64,000 nt of DNA. It comes from an uncultured Gammaproteobacteria bacterium (GTDB lineage Bacteria; Pseudomonadota; Gammaproteobacteria; Steroidobacterales; Steroidobacteraceae). The notes below the pieces were generated by a model. It saw nothing but the letters and a program-made list of their open reading frames with translations, did no database searches and was not told where the DNA came from. Positions within the stretch are counted from its first letter, which is position 1. Every line of letters begins with the position of its first letter. Shown one piece after another: positions 17,822-25,670 of this stretch. The position numbers were made by a program, and so were the translations under genes. The stretch is taken from the NCBI GenBank assembly GCA_963843295.1, contig CAWJJP010000005.1, positions 230,159 through 294,158 of the forward strand, written 5' to 3'.

Positions 17822-20032
17822 CTAAGCGGCCACGGTGTCGTCCACGGGCTTGCGGGGGGCCGGCAAGGTCATCGTCAAGCGCGTGAATTTTCCCACCGAC
17901 GTGGCAACGCCGACGCGCCCGCCGATTTGCTGCATGAGATCCGCCATGAGATTCATACCGACGCCGCGACCCGCGTCCTTGGTGGCATGCTCGACCGTCG
18001 AGAACCCGGGTCGAAACAGCAGCGAGAACGTCTGCTTCGCGTCGAGGCGCGGTGCCTGCTCCGCGGTGATGAAGCCTTTTTGGAGCGCCACTTCCTTGAT
18101 GCGTTCGGGCAGCAGGCCGCGCCCATCGTCCTCGACGCTGAGTTTGTAGCCTCCCTCGCCCAACTCCTTGAATACCAGCCGCACCGCCCCGGCCGACGGC
18201 TTTCCCGCCGACTCACGTGCCGCCGGAGCTTCGATGCCATGGACGATGGCATTGCGTACGGCTTGGATGGCGATGTCCTTGACGATCCGCCGATATTCCT
18301 CCGGTACCGCGTCCAAGCCCGAGCAATGCAAGGCGGCCTGTTTGCCGCTCTCCGCGGCCACCCGTGCCGTGAGTTGCTCCAGCCCGGTCTGCAACCCCCC
18401 ATCGGCTGCGCCGAGGACCGGCGTACCCTGCTCCGCCGCGCCCCCGGCGGCGGGCGCCGGCGCAAACGCGATCTCCGTCTGCGGCACTTGAAACTTCGAC
18501 AGCCGCGACACCAATTCGCTGACCGACTGCAGGTGCGTCAGCAAGTCGTCGAGCTTGATGACGAGCGGCAAGAAGTCGTTGCCCGACAATCCGGGCCTGT
18601 CGCGCAGCAGCTTCAGGTCGTCCTCAAAGGAGTGGGCCCGGCTCTCGATCGAGGACAGCCCGAGCGCGGCCGCTTCTCCCTTGACCGAGTGCGCCTGCCG
18701 GAACAGCGTATCGAGTTTCTTGCGGAACGCGCCCTCCTCCCGCGCCGGCTCGCGCAGCACCGCGTTGATCATTTTCATGGCCGCATTCGAATCGTTCAAG
18801 AACGAGGCAAGCTGGTCCGGATCGATGTGCAGAATGCCGAGCAGCGTATCGACCTGCGCCTGCGCCTGGCTCTGAGAATTCTGCAGCTCGCGGGCGAGCT
18901 CCACCCGGGAACTCACGTCCGAGACGGACACCAGGATGTGCGTGATCCTGCCATCGACCCGTACCCGGTGGAATTCGAATTGGAGAAAGCGCGTTTCGAA
19001 TTTGCCGCCGCCGGCATCCAGATGCACCTCGACCTCACCGAGAGGATTGATCGACTTGACCAGCTTCTCGTTGGTCCGCTCCAACCAAAGAACCGTGACG
19101 AATTTCAATGCGGTATCGAGGGTCTTCTCCGACACGATGTTCTTCAGCAGGCTCTCGAAGGAGAGTCCCGCGATGTCGCGGCGTTGAAACAGGGTTTCCA
19201 GTGCGGTCGAGAAGGTCGTGCCGATGACGAGATTGCGGTCGAGCAGGAACAAACCGTCCTTGACGGTGCGGAGTATGTCCGTCGTTTGCTGGCGGGCCTC
19301 GCGCAGGCTCGCATCCTGACGCTGCCTGGCGCCGATCATCAACAGCACCAGCAGCACCAATACTGCGGCGATCAGCAGCCCCATGAACAGCACCAGCTGC
19401 AGCTCCTTCGCGGCCTGCACGTTGCTCGACTGCAGCCGGGCGCTGATTTGCAACAGCAGCGCGTCGAGTTCGGGGAGCACGTGATGGCTCGTGCGCGCCG
19501 CGGCGGCGATGTCACGCTCCAATTGGCGCCCGTTGTCATTGAGCGCGGTGCCAGTGGACTCGTTATCCTTGTAGGGCACGCCGTTGAAGTTCACCAGCGG
19601 CTCGAGCACCGCGCGTTCGCGCGCCCAAAGCTCGTGCAATTGCGCCGCGCTCCTGCCGGCGATCGACTCGGCGGTGGCGCCGGTGTCCCCGGCCAGAGCG
19701 AGCCAGCTCGCGGGACGCGGCGCGGTCATGGCGGGCAGGGCCGCATCGATCTTCCCAACCGCATCGCGAAGCTGATCGGCGGCCTCCTGCAGATAACCCC
19801 GATTGTTCAACCGGTCGCGCATGACCTCCAACGAGGACTGCAGCAACGTCGGATAGCGCTGTTGGTCGGCGACCAACTTCAGGGCCGCCGTGCTCTCCAC
19901 GAGCTCGCTTGCGAGTTCGATTCCCGGAATGAGCACCGTCGTCAGGAAGGTCATGCCGAGAACGGCGACCAGCGCGCCGAGGCCGACGGGCGAGAAGGCA
20001 GGAATGGAGGATTTCAACGAGCGCCAATTCAT
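17822..20032 (-). CDS. Membrane-anchored CheA-like histidine kinase (TM-periplasmic-TM, Hpt, CheA-type ATPase; no CheW-like P5 domain)
   Basis: Two TM segments flank a helical region of about 170 aa. Hpt 'FRQAHSVKGEAAALG'. ATPase boxes 'VRNAIVHGIE', 'VEDDGRGL', 'LLFRPGFST', 'GRGVGMNLM'. The protein ends about 40 aa after the last box, so there is no room for a P5 domain. Confidence 0.85.
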   Translation of the reverse strand: MNWRSLKSSIPAFSPVGLGALVAVLGMTFLTTVLIPGIELASELVESTAALKLVADQQRYPTLLQSSLEVMRDRLNNRGYLQEAADQLRDAVGKIDAALPAMTAPRPASWLALAGDTGATAESIAGRSAAQLHELWARERAVLEPLVNFNGVPYKDNESTGTALNDNGRQLERDIAAAARTSHHVLPELDALLLQISARLQSSNVQAAKELQLVLFMGLLIAAVLVLLVLLMIGARQRQDASLREARQQTTDILRTVKDGLFLLDRNLVIGTTFSTALETLFQRRDIAGLSFESLLKNIVSEKTLDTALKFVTVLWLERTNEKLVKSINPLGEVEVHLDAGGGKFETRFLQFEFHRVRVDGRITHILVSVSDVSSRVELARELQNSQSQAQAQVDTLLGILHIDPDQLASFLNDSNAAMKMINAVLREPAREEGAFRKKLDTLFRQAHSVKGEAAALGLSSIESRAHSFEDDLKLLRDRPGLSGNDFLPLVIKLDDLLTHLQSVSELVSRLSKFQVPQTEIAFAPAPAAGGAAEQGTPVLGAADGGLQTGLEQLTARVAAESGKQAALHCSGLDAVPEEYRRIVKDIAIQAVRNAIVHGIEAPAARESAGKPSAGAVRLVFKELGEGGYKLSVEDDGRGLLPERIKEVALQKGFITAEQAPRLDAKQTFSLLFRPGFSTVEHATKDAGRGVGMNLMADLMQQIGGRVGVATSVGKFTRLTMTLPAPRKPVDDTVAA

Positions 20033-20062
20033 GACTCAAAGCTCCTTGGAAAGTTGCTGCCA

Positions 20063-22159
20063 TCAGCCCGACAGGTGAAATATGACGCGCAACTTCGTCG
20101 TGACCGAAACCGCTTTTCCACTCTGCAGCACGGGCTTGTAGCGCAAGCGGGAAACTGCACTGGTGGCCGCCGCATCGAAGATGCCCGGCGGACTCGTATG
20201 AACCACCTTGATGTCGGTGACGGTGCCTTTCGCGGTGACCGTATAGGCCACCTGGACCTCACCCTCGATTTGATTCCCGAGCGCCTTCGCCGGATAGTCC
20301 ACACTGAGCTTCTTGGTGCGCGTGAGGGTCGCTTCGGGCACTTCCTGCGGCACATCGGCGGCCGACAGCGCAGCGGCTCGGATTCGCTCGGTCAACGCAT
20401 TCGACTCTTTGGAGTCGCCGAGGACGCCGGCCATCTGCAGCAGCGTGTCGGCTTTCACATAGTCACCGCCATCGATCGCCGTTCGGGCCCGGTCGAGAAT
20501 TTGCGCCTGCACCGCGCTCGATATCTGCGGCAAGCCGGCATTGTGCGGATCCGCCGCGCGCAGCTTGTTCACGTAGTACAGCGCGCTATCGTCATCGGGT
20601 TCGAGCAAATTGCCCTGTGCGAGCCGCGCTCGCGCCAGATCGAGCAGCTGCGGTTCCTGTTTTTCATGCGTCGGCTGTACGCGCGCAGCGGCCAGTTGGC
20701 GCTGCAGAGTCGCAACCGCCTGGGGTGGCGCGCTCAGGCTGCGCAGCGCCGCCAGAAACCGGTCCGCATCGAGGATACGGTGCTGGTCGATGGCGCCCTG
20801 CGCGGCCTGCGTGAGTCGATTGAGCAATTCCCGGTATTGCGGCTGAACCGCGGCGGCGCTCGCGCCCGCTTGCCGCGCCTGCTCGAGATAGTAGACGGCG
20901 TTGTCGTTGTGCGGATCGAGCAGATGATCCTGCTCCAAACGGCTGTCGAGCAGCGCCAACAGGCGTGCGACGTCGCCCTCCGCGCGGTGTCGGCGCAGCT
21001 CGTCGCGCAGTTGATTCGTCTTGGCACTCCCGAGCGTCTTCGACCGCGCCGCTTCGTCGATCAGCTGCGCAGCCCGGTCGAAGTTTTGCGCGTTGATGGC
21101 AGCCTGGATCTCCGCGGGCCCGAGCTCGGCCCGCAAAGCCGCGATTCGTCCATCGAGCGGCACCAGGCGGCCGTCGTCCGGCGCAATGCTGCGGGCGGTC
21201 TCGAGGGCCTGCAGCGCCACATCGAACTTTCTCTCGTCCAACGCGGACTGCACCCGTGCAATGAGAATTTCGAGCAGCCGCTGCATCCCCTGGTGTGCCT
21301 CACCGTTCGCAGGATCCAGCATCAGGGCATCGCGATAGAGCGTCAGGGCACTGCCCTCCGCCGGCTCGATGAAGTGCCGGTCGAGCATCGCCTGCTGCGC
21401 CTTCTCGATGAGAAGGTCGACCTTTTCCTCGCTGGCGGAGCTGCCGCCGGCAGCGGGGCTCGCGCTGGATGAGGGCGCGGATACCGCAGGAGCCTGCGAC
21501 GTGGAACCATTCGGTGCCGGCGTTGGCCTGACCGCGGACCCGGCCGGCGGGGTGGCGGTGCGAAAGTGGATGAACGCCGCGGCAGCCGCGATCAGCACAG
21601 CGGCCAGGCTCGCTGCGGTGACCCAGGGTATTTTCGAGGCCGTCGGCGCGCGCGGCGGAGGAGCAGAGCCGTCAGCGTCGTCAGAGCCGTCAGCGTCGTC
21701 AGAGCCGAGCAGCACGATGCGGGTATTGAGTTCCTCTTGAGCCCTCGTGAGCGCTTCGGTCAAGGCGGCCGGATCGACCGGCAAGGTCACGAGTGAGGCT
21801 ATATGCCGGTGTTGCACCGCCACGGTCCACGTCGCCGTGCTGTCAGCGGTATCGAGCGCAATGATGAGGCAGCGCGCGCACAGCGACTGCAGCCGTGACA
21901 ATTCCGCTGCGGGTTCGGCATGGTCGCGGGCATCCCACAGAACGATTGCCGGATCCGGGCCCGTGGTACCGAGCAACTCGTCGATCGAATCGAGCTGCCT
22001 CGGGGCGAAGTCAGCGCGGAGATGCGGGCCGATCTGCTGCCACAGCTCATCGTCCGCCGTGACCAGCAAAACCGGGAGCTTTTTTTTGTACGCTGACGCA
22101 GTCGACTCGCGACCGATCGCCGGCGCGGCAGGCTCCTGCTTTCTTGCTGTCTTCGTCAA
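20063..22159 (-). CDS. Receiver-like domain / TM / helical-repeat / TonB C-terminal domain protein
   Basis: TTG start with GGAG 7 nt upstream. 'PVLLVTADDE..AIVLWDARD' is receiver-like, with TM 'WVTAASLAAVLIAAAAAFI'. Three 'LL[DE]P..D.A[LV]YY' repeats. C-terminus 'YPAKALGNQIEGEVQVAYTV..GTVTDIKVV' is a TonB-C fold signature. Confidence 0.75.
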   Translation of the reverse strand: MTKTARKQEPAAPAIGRESTASAYKKKLPVLLVTADDELWQQIGPHLRADFAPRQLDSIDELLGTTGPDPAIVLWDARDHAEPAAELSRLQSLCARCLIIALDTADSTATWTVAVQHRHIASLVTLPVDPAALTEALTRAQEELNTRIVLLGSDDADGSDDADGSAPPPRAPTASKIPWVTAASLAAVLIAAAAAFIHFRTATPPAGSAVRPTPAPNGSTSQAPAVSAPSSSASPAAGGSSASEEKVDLLIEKAQQAMLDRHFIEPAEGSALTLYRDALMLDPANGEAHQGMQRLLEILIARVQSALDERKFDVALQALETARSIAPDDGRLVPLDGRIAALRAELGPAEIQAAINAQNFDRAAQLIDEAARSKTLGSAKTNQLRDELRRHRAEGDVARLLALLDSRLEQDHLLDPHNDNAVYYLEQARQAGASAAAVQPQYRELLNRLTQAAQGAIDQHRILDADRFLAALRSLSAPPQAVATLQRQLAAARVQPTHEKQEPQLLDLARARLAQGNLLEPDDDSALYYVNKLRAADPHNAGLPQISSAVQAQILDRARTAIDGGDYVKADTLLQMAGVLGDSKESNALTERIRAAALSAADVPQEVPEATLTRTKKLSVDYPAKALGNQIEGEVQVAYTVTAKGTVTDIKVVHTSPPGIFDAAATSAVSRLRYKPVLQSGKAVSVTTKLRVIFHLSG
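21665..21707 (-). repeat. 18-nt in-frame tandem duplication (2.4 copies) encoding GSDDAD-GSDDAD-GS
   Basis: 'agagccgtcagcgtcgtc' occurs at 21665-21682 and again at 21683-21700, followed by a partial copy 'agagccg'. It lies in the linker between the receiver-like domain and the TM segment. Confidence 0.9.
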
Positions 22160-22232
22160 GCACGCACTCCGGCAATCGGATCATTCTGTTGGGGCCCATT
22201 CCATCTTATGGAAACAAGGATTCCGCGTGCTG

Positions 22233-22249
22233 GTGTGGATCACATTTTG
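22233..22249 (-). promoter_or_regulatory. Shared 17-nt motif, copy 1 (plus strand GTGTGGATCACATTTTG), upstream of the TonB-C/CheA-like operon
   Basis: Identical at 16 of 17 positions to 23816-23832. Centre lies about 82 nt upstream of the TTG at 22159. Contains TGTG-N3-CACA dyad symmetry. Confidence 0.5.
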
Positions 22250-22358
22250 TGTGATGCGGATCGTCCGAGCCTGCGGCGTCCGCGCCGGGAACCTGCAAAT
22301 TGGGAACCAGGTCGCAGTCGAGGCTCGAGGTACTCCGGGAGCCTCGAAATGGGCATAT

Positions 22359-23666
22359 TCAGGGTGCCGCAGCTCGCTTCGGCCTCGCTGCGCCGACACC
22401 ATCGAACGCCTCGAGAAATTGCGCGGCGGATGGGAAGCGGTCCTGGGGATTTTTTTCCAGCAGGCGATTGATCAGCGGTTGATAGCGCATCAACGATACG
22501 GGCAGCGGCGGCACCGGGGAGGAGCGATGGCCCTCGAAGATTTCCGCCAGCGTCTTGCCGCGGAATGGCAGCACGCCCGAGAGCATCTCGTAGAAAATCA
22601 CGCCCAAACTGTAGAGATCGGCGCGTTGATCGGTCTTGTTGCCCTGAATTTGCTCTGGGCAGACATAGTAGGGGGTTCCGGTCATCAGATCCGAACGCGA
22701 TAGATCATGCGCCACGAGCTGCGCGCGGGCGGATCCGAAATCGATCAAGACCACGCGATTGTCGCCGGTCAACATGAGATTCGACGGCTTCAAGTCACGA
22801 TGCACGATCCCGGCGGCATGCACCACTTGCAGCGCTTCGCCGATTTGCCGGACATAGTTGAGCGCATCAACTTCACTCACGGGATTCTTCAAGCGCTCGC
22901 GCATGCTGCCGCAGGGGAAATACTCGAGCGCGAGATACAAATACTCGGGTGTGATGCCGAAATCGATGACGTCGGCTATCGATCGATGGTTCAAGCTGGA
23001 AAGAATTTCGCATTCCCGGGCGAAACGCTGGCGATCCTCTTCGGACACGCTCGCATGACCGTCGATCGCCTGAACCTTGAGCGCCACCGGTTGCGCCAAA
23101 TCGTCGTTGCGTGCGAGATACACCGTGGCCGCCGACGAGTGGGCGATCCTCTTCAGAATCTGATAGCCGGCCACGTCGGGCAATCCTTGATCGGCCGGCC
23201 TGGGCTTCGCGGGGGCGCCGCGCGGTGGATTGAGAAATGGCTCCAGCGTCGTCGCGAGTTCGGCGAGGTCGACCGAATGGATCGGCCAGTAGTCGACCGC
23301 CCCCGCTTTGATTGCACGGGCCGCCGAACGCTCGTCACCCTGGCGCGCGAAGATGAAAATCGGCAGTCGTGGAGCTCGGGCGTGCAAGCGTGCAACTTGC
23401 GCTAGCGGGTCGCCCGCCCCCCGTTGCATGAATTCGACGATGAACAGTACCGCGGCATAGCCGCCGAGTTGGTCGATGGACAGACCGTCGAGTCCCGACC
23501 CGGTAACCGTGTCGGCATCGACCTTGACGGGTGCGCGGCGCACAAGGTCGGCCAGCTTCAAGCGCAGATCGAGATCGTCATGAACGACCAGGCAGCGGCG
23601 GCCGGCGCGTTCGAGGTGCGCGGTGGGGCTCTGGTCTCGGACCGCTTTGTTTGCCAACGGCGTCAT
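22359..23666 (-). CDS. Hanks-type Ser/Thr protein kinase with N-terminal receiver-like domain
   Basis: Kinase motifs 'VALKV', 'HRDLKPSNLML', 'LIDFGSA', 'GTPYYVCPE'. The N-terminal ~125 aa are receiver-like ('CLVVHDD', 'IKAGAVDYW'). ATG at 23666 preferred; the ORF could start at 23765. Confidence 0.85.
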   Translation of the reverse strand: MTPLANKAVRDQSPTAHLERAGRRCLVVHDDLDLRLKLADLVRRAPVKVDADTVTGSGLDGLSIDQLGGYAAVLFIVEFMQRGAGDPLAQVARLHARAPRLPIFIFARQGDERSAARAIKAGAVDYWPIHSVDLAELATTLEPFLNPPRGAPAKPRPADQGLPDVAGYQILKRIAHSSAATVYLARNDDLAQPVALKVQAIDGHASVSEEDRQRFARECEILSSLNHRSIADVIDFGITPEYLYLALEYFPCGSMRERLKNPVSEVDALNYVRQIGEALQVVHAAGIVHRDLKPSNLMLTGDNRVVLIDFGSARAQLVAHDLSRSDLMTGTPYYVCPEQIQGNKTDQRADLYSLGVIFYEMLSGVLPFRGKTLAEIFEGHRSSPVPPLPVSLMRYQPLINRLLEKNPQDRFPSAAQFLEAFDGVGAARPKRAAAP

Positions 23667-23815
23667 CGGGATCTCACCATAAAAGTACGCGGCTTCCTCA
23701 TCGAAGCGGCGCCGGGACAGCGGACAGGTGGCGCCCGCGCCGGGCGTGCCAGGCCTCTTCCGCATGGTCGGCGCAACGTCTTGTAGCGTCAGGGAATTTC
23801 AGGTCGCGTGGGCGT

Positions 23816-23832
23816 GTGTGAATCACATTTTG
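23816..23832 (-). promoter_or_regulatory. Shared 17-nt motif, copy 2 (plus strand GTGTGAATCACATTTTG), in the kinase / lctP divergent region
   Basis: Matches 22233-22249 at 16 of 17 positions. Weaker similarity (tctt.t.g, aggaattcc-like, gcgtg blocks) continues about 40 nt toward lower coordinates at both sites. Confidence 0.5.
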
Positions 23833-24053
23833 GACCTTGCGATGCAGCAGCGTGCGTCGGGGCCCCACCCGCAACCCGCGTTTTTGTGAGCCAATTCGCA
23901 TGCTTCCCCTCCGCTTCGGGCGCCGGACGGGCAGCAACGGCAGCACGGGATGGGGGCCAGGGTGAGGGGCGAATTGCGGCGGGACATGAAACAATTGGCG
24001 GGCGATCGAACCCAGAGAAAAATCAACACTTCAATCGACAAGGGGAAAAGCAT

Positions 24054-25670
24054 ATGTTCAACCAGTCGTTATCGCCGGTCGGCGGAAGTCTGGTCCTATC
24101 GGTTATCGTCGCGGCGATGCCGATCGCTACCGTGCTGGTTGCACTCGGTGTGTTGCGCCGGCCGGCCTGGCAGGCCTCGTTGGCCGGCCTATTGGCTGGA
24201 TTGGCCATCGCCGTCCTGGTGTGGAAATTCCCCGTGGGGCTGGCGCTCGACAGCGTGGCAGCCGGAGCCGTGTTCGCACTCTGGCCGGTGATGTGGATCG
24301 TGGTCAATGCGCTCCTGCTGTACAACATTGCCGTCATTTCCGGGCGTTTCGATGCATTTCGCGATTGGATCCTCAAGCATCTGCCCAATGACCGGCGCAT
24401 CGTGCTGGTGGTGATCGGCTTTTGTTTCGGTTGCCTGCTTGAAGGCATTTCGGGATTCGGCACGCCGGTCGCGATCACGAGCGCGCTGCTGATCTTGATC
24501 GGTGTGCCGCCGCTCGAGGCCTTGACCGTGACGCTGATCTTCAACACCGCACCGGTCGCCTTCGGCGCCCTGGGGACGCCGATCACCGTGCTCGCGCAGG
24601 TCACCGACCTGCCCGCGGTGAAGCTTGGAGCGATGGTTGGGCGCCAACTGCCCTTCTTCGCGTTGATTTTGCCGTTTTACGTGATCGGAATTTATGGCGG
24701 TCTGCGATCGGTACGCGCCTTGTGGCCGGTTCTGGCAGTTGCCGGGGGAAGCTTTGCGCTGGCGCAGTTTCTCTCCTCGAATTATCTCGACTATTCGCTC
24801 ACGGACGTGTTGGCCGCGCTGACCTCCCTCCTCGTTACCCTGGCGTTCCTCAGGCTCTGGTCGCCGAAAGCCGATGCGGAGTATGCGATTGCGCGGCCCG
24901 ACGCGAGCGTGCCAAGCCGCGGCGTCCCCGCCTCGGCGGGAAACGTCCCCGCCTGGCAGGGTTGGATTCCCTGGGTGATCGTCTCGGTGGTGGTCATTCT
25001 TTGGACGCATCTGAAAATCGCCGCAATCGCTCAACAGACCATTCATTGGCCGGGTCTGCACAACGCGGTGTACATCACCCTCTATCACAAGCCATATGCC
25101 GCCAATTGGGTGTTCCAGCCGCTCGGCACCGGAACGGCCATTTTGATTGCGGCCATCATCACGGCGGCGCTGCTCGGTGTCGGGCCCGGTCGATTCATTG
25201 AAGCGATCCTCGCGACCTGGCGGCAAAGCCGTTTGGCCATCCTCACGGTCGCGCTGATCGTAGGTCTCGCCTATCTCATGAATTACTCCGGAATGAATTA
25301 CACACTGGGGTTGGGCGTCGCATCGGCGGGCATTTTCTTTCCCATGCTGTCCGCGTTCTTGGGCTGGGTCGCCGTGTTTCTGTCGGGCAGCGACACCTCC
25401 GGGAACGCCCTGTTCGGCAATCTGCAAGTCGTTGCCGCGAATCAGCTCGGTCTGAATCCGGTGCTCATCGCGGCGACCAATTCCTCGGGCGGGGTCATGG
25501 GCAAAATGATTTCGCCGCAAAATATCGCCACGGGCGTCTCGGTCACCGACTTGAAGGGGCAGGAGGGCCATGTTCTCGCCCGCACGTTCAAGCACAGCAT
25601 CGCCTTGACGATTCTCCTCGGGGTTCTCGTGGTGCTCCAGCAGTACGTATTGCATTGGATGATCCCTTGA
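24054..25670 (+). CDS. lctP: L-lactate permease (LctP family)
   Basis: ATG at 24054 after 'aaggggaaaagcat'. 'LLYNIAVISGRFD', 'FGCLLEGISGFGTPVAITSALL', 'GGVMGKMISPQNIA' are LctP/GlcA hallmarks. 538 aa. Confidence 0.92.
   Translation: MFNQSLSPVGGSLVLSVIVAAMPIATVLVALGVLRRPAWQASLAGLLAGLAIAVLVWKFPVGLALDSVAAGAVFALWPVMWIVVNALLLYNIAVISGRFDAFRDWILKHLPNDRRIVLVVIGFCFGCLLEGISGFGTPVAITSALLILIGVPPLEALTVTLIFNTAPVAFGALGTPITVLAQVTDLPAVKLGAMVGRQLPFFALILPFYVIGIYGGLRSVRALWPVLAVAGGSFALAQFLSSNYLDYSLTDVLAALTSLLVTLAFLRLWSPKADAEYAIARPDASVPSRGVPASAGNVPAWQGWIPWVIVSVVVILWTHLKIAAIAQQTIHWPGLHNAVYITLYHKPYAANWVFQPLGTGTAILIAAIITAALLGVGPGRFIEAILATWRQSRLAILTVALIVGLAYLMNYSGMNYTLGLGVASAGIFFPMLSAFLGWVAVFLSGSDTSGNALFGNLQVVAANQLGLNPVLIAATNSSGGVMGKMISPQNIATGVSVTDLKGQEGHVLARTFKHSIALTILLGVLVVLQQYVLHWMIP

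Noticed and set aside
17468-21472. 1334-aa plus-strand ORF, the longest in the window
   Set aside because: It is antisense to the CheY-like, CheA-like and TonB-C genes, which carry clear catalytic motifs. Its translation is Arg/Gly/Leu-rich with no recognisable domain. This is a typical shadow ORF of GC-rich DNA.
22233-22249. Reading the shared TGTG..CACA motif as a CRP/FNR site
   Set aside because: The half-sites are spaced TGTG-N3-CACA, not the TGTGA-N6-TCACA of CRP or the TTGAT-N4-ATCAA of FNR. It is kept only as an unassigned motif.
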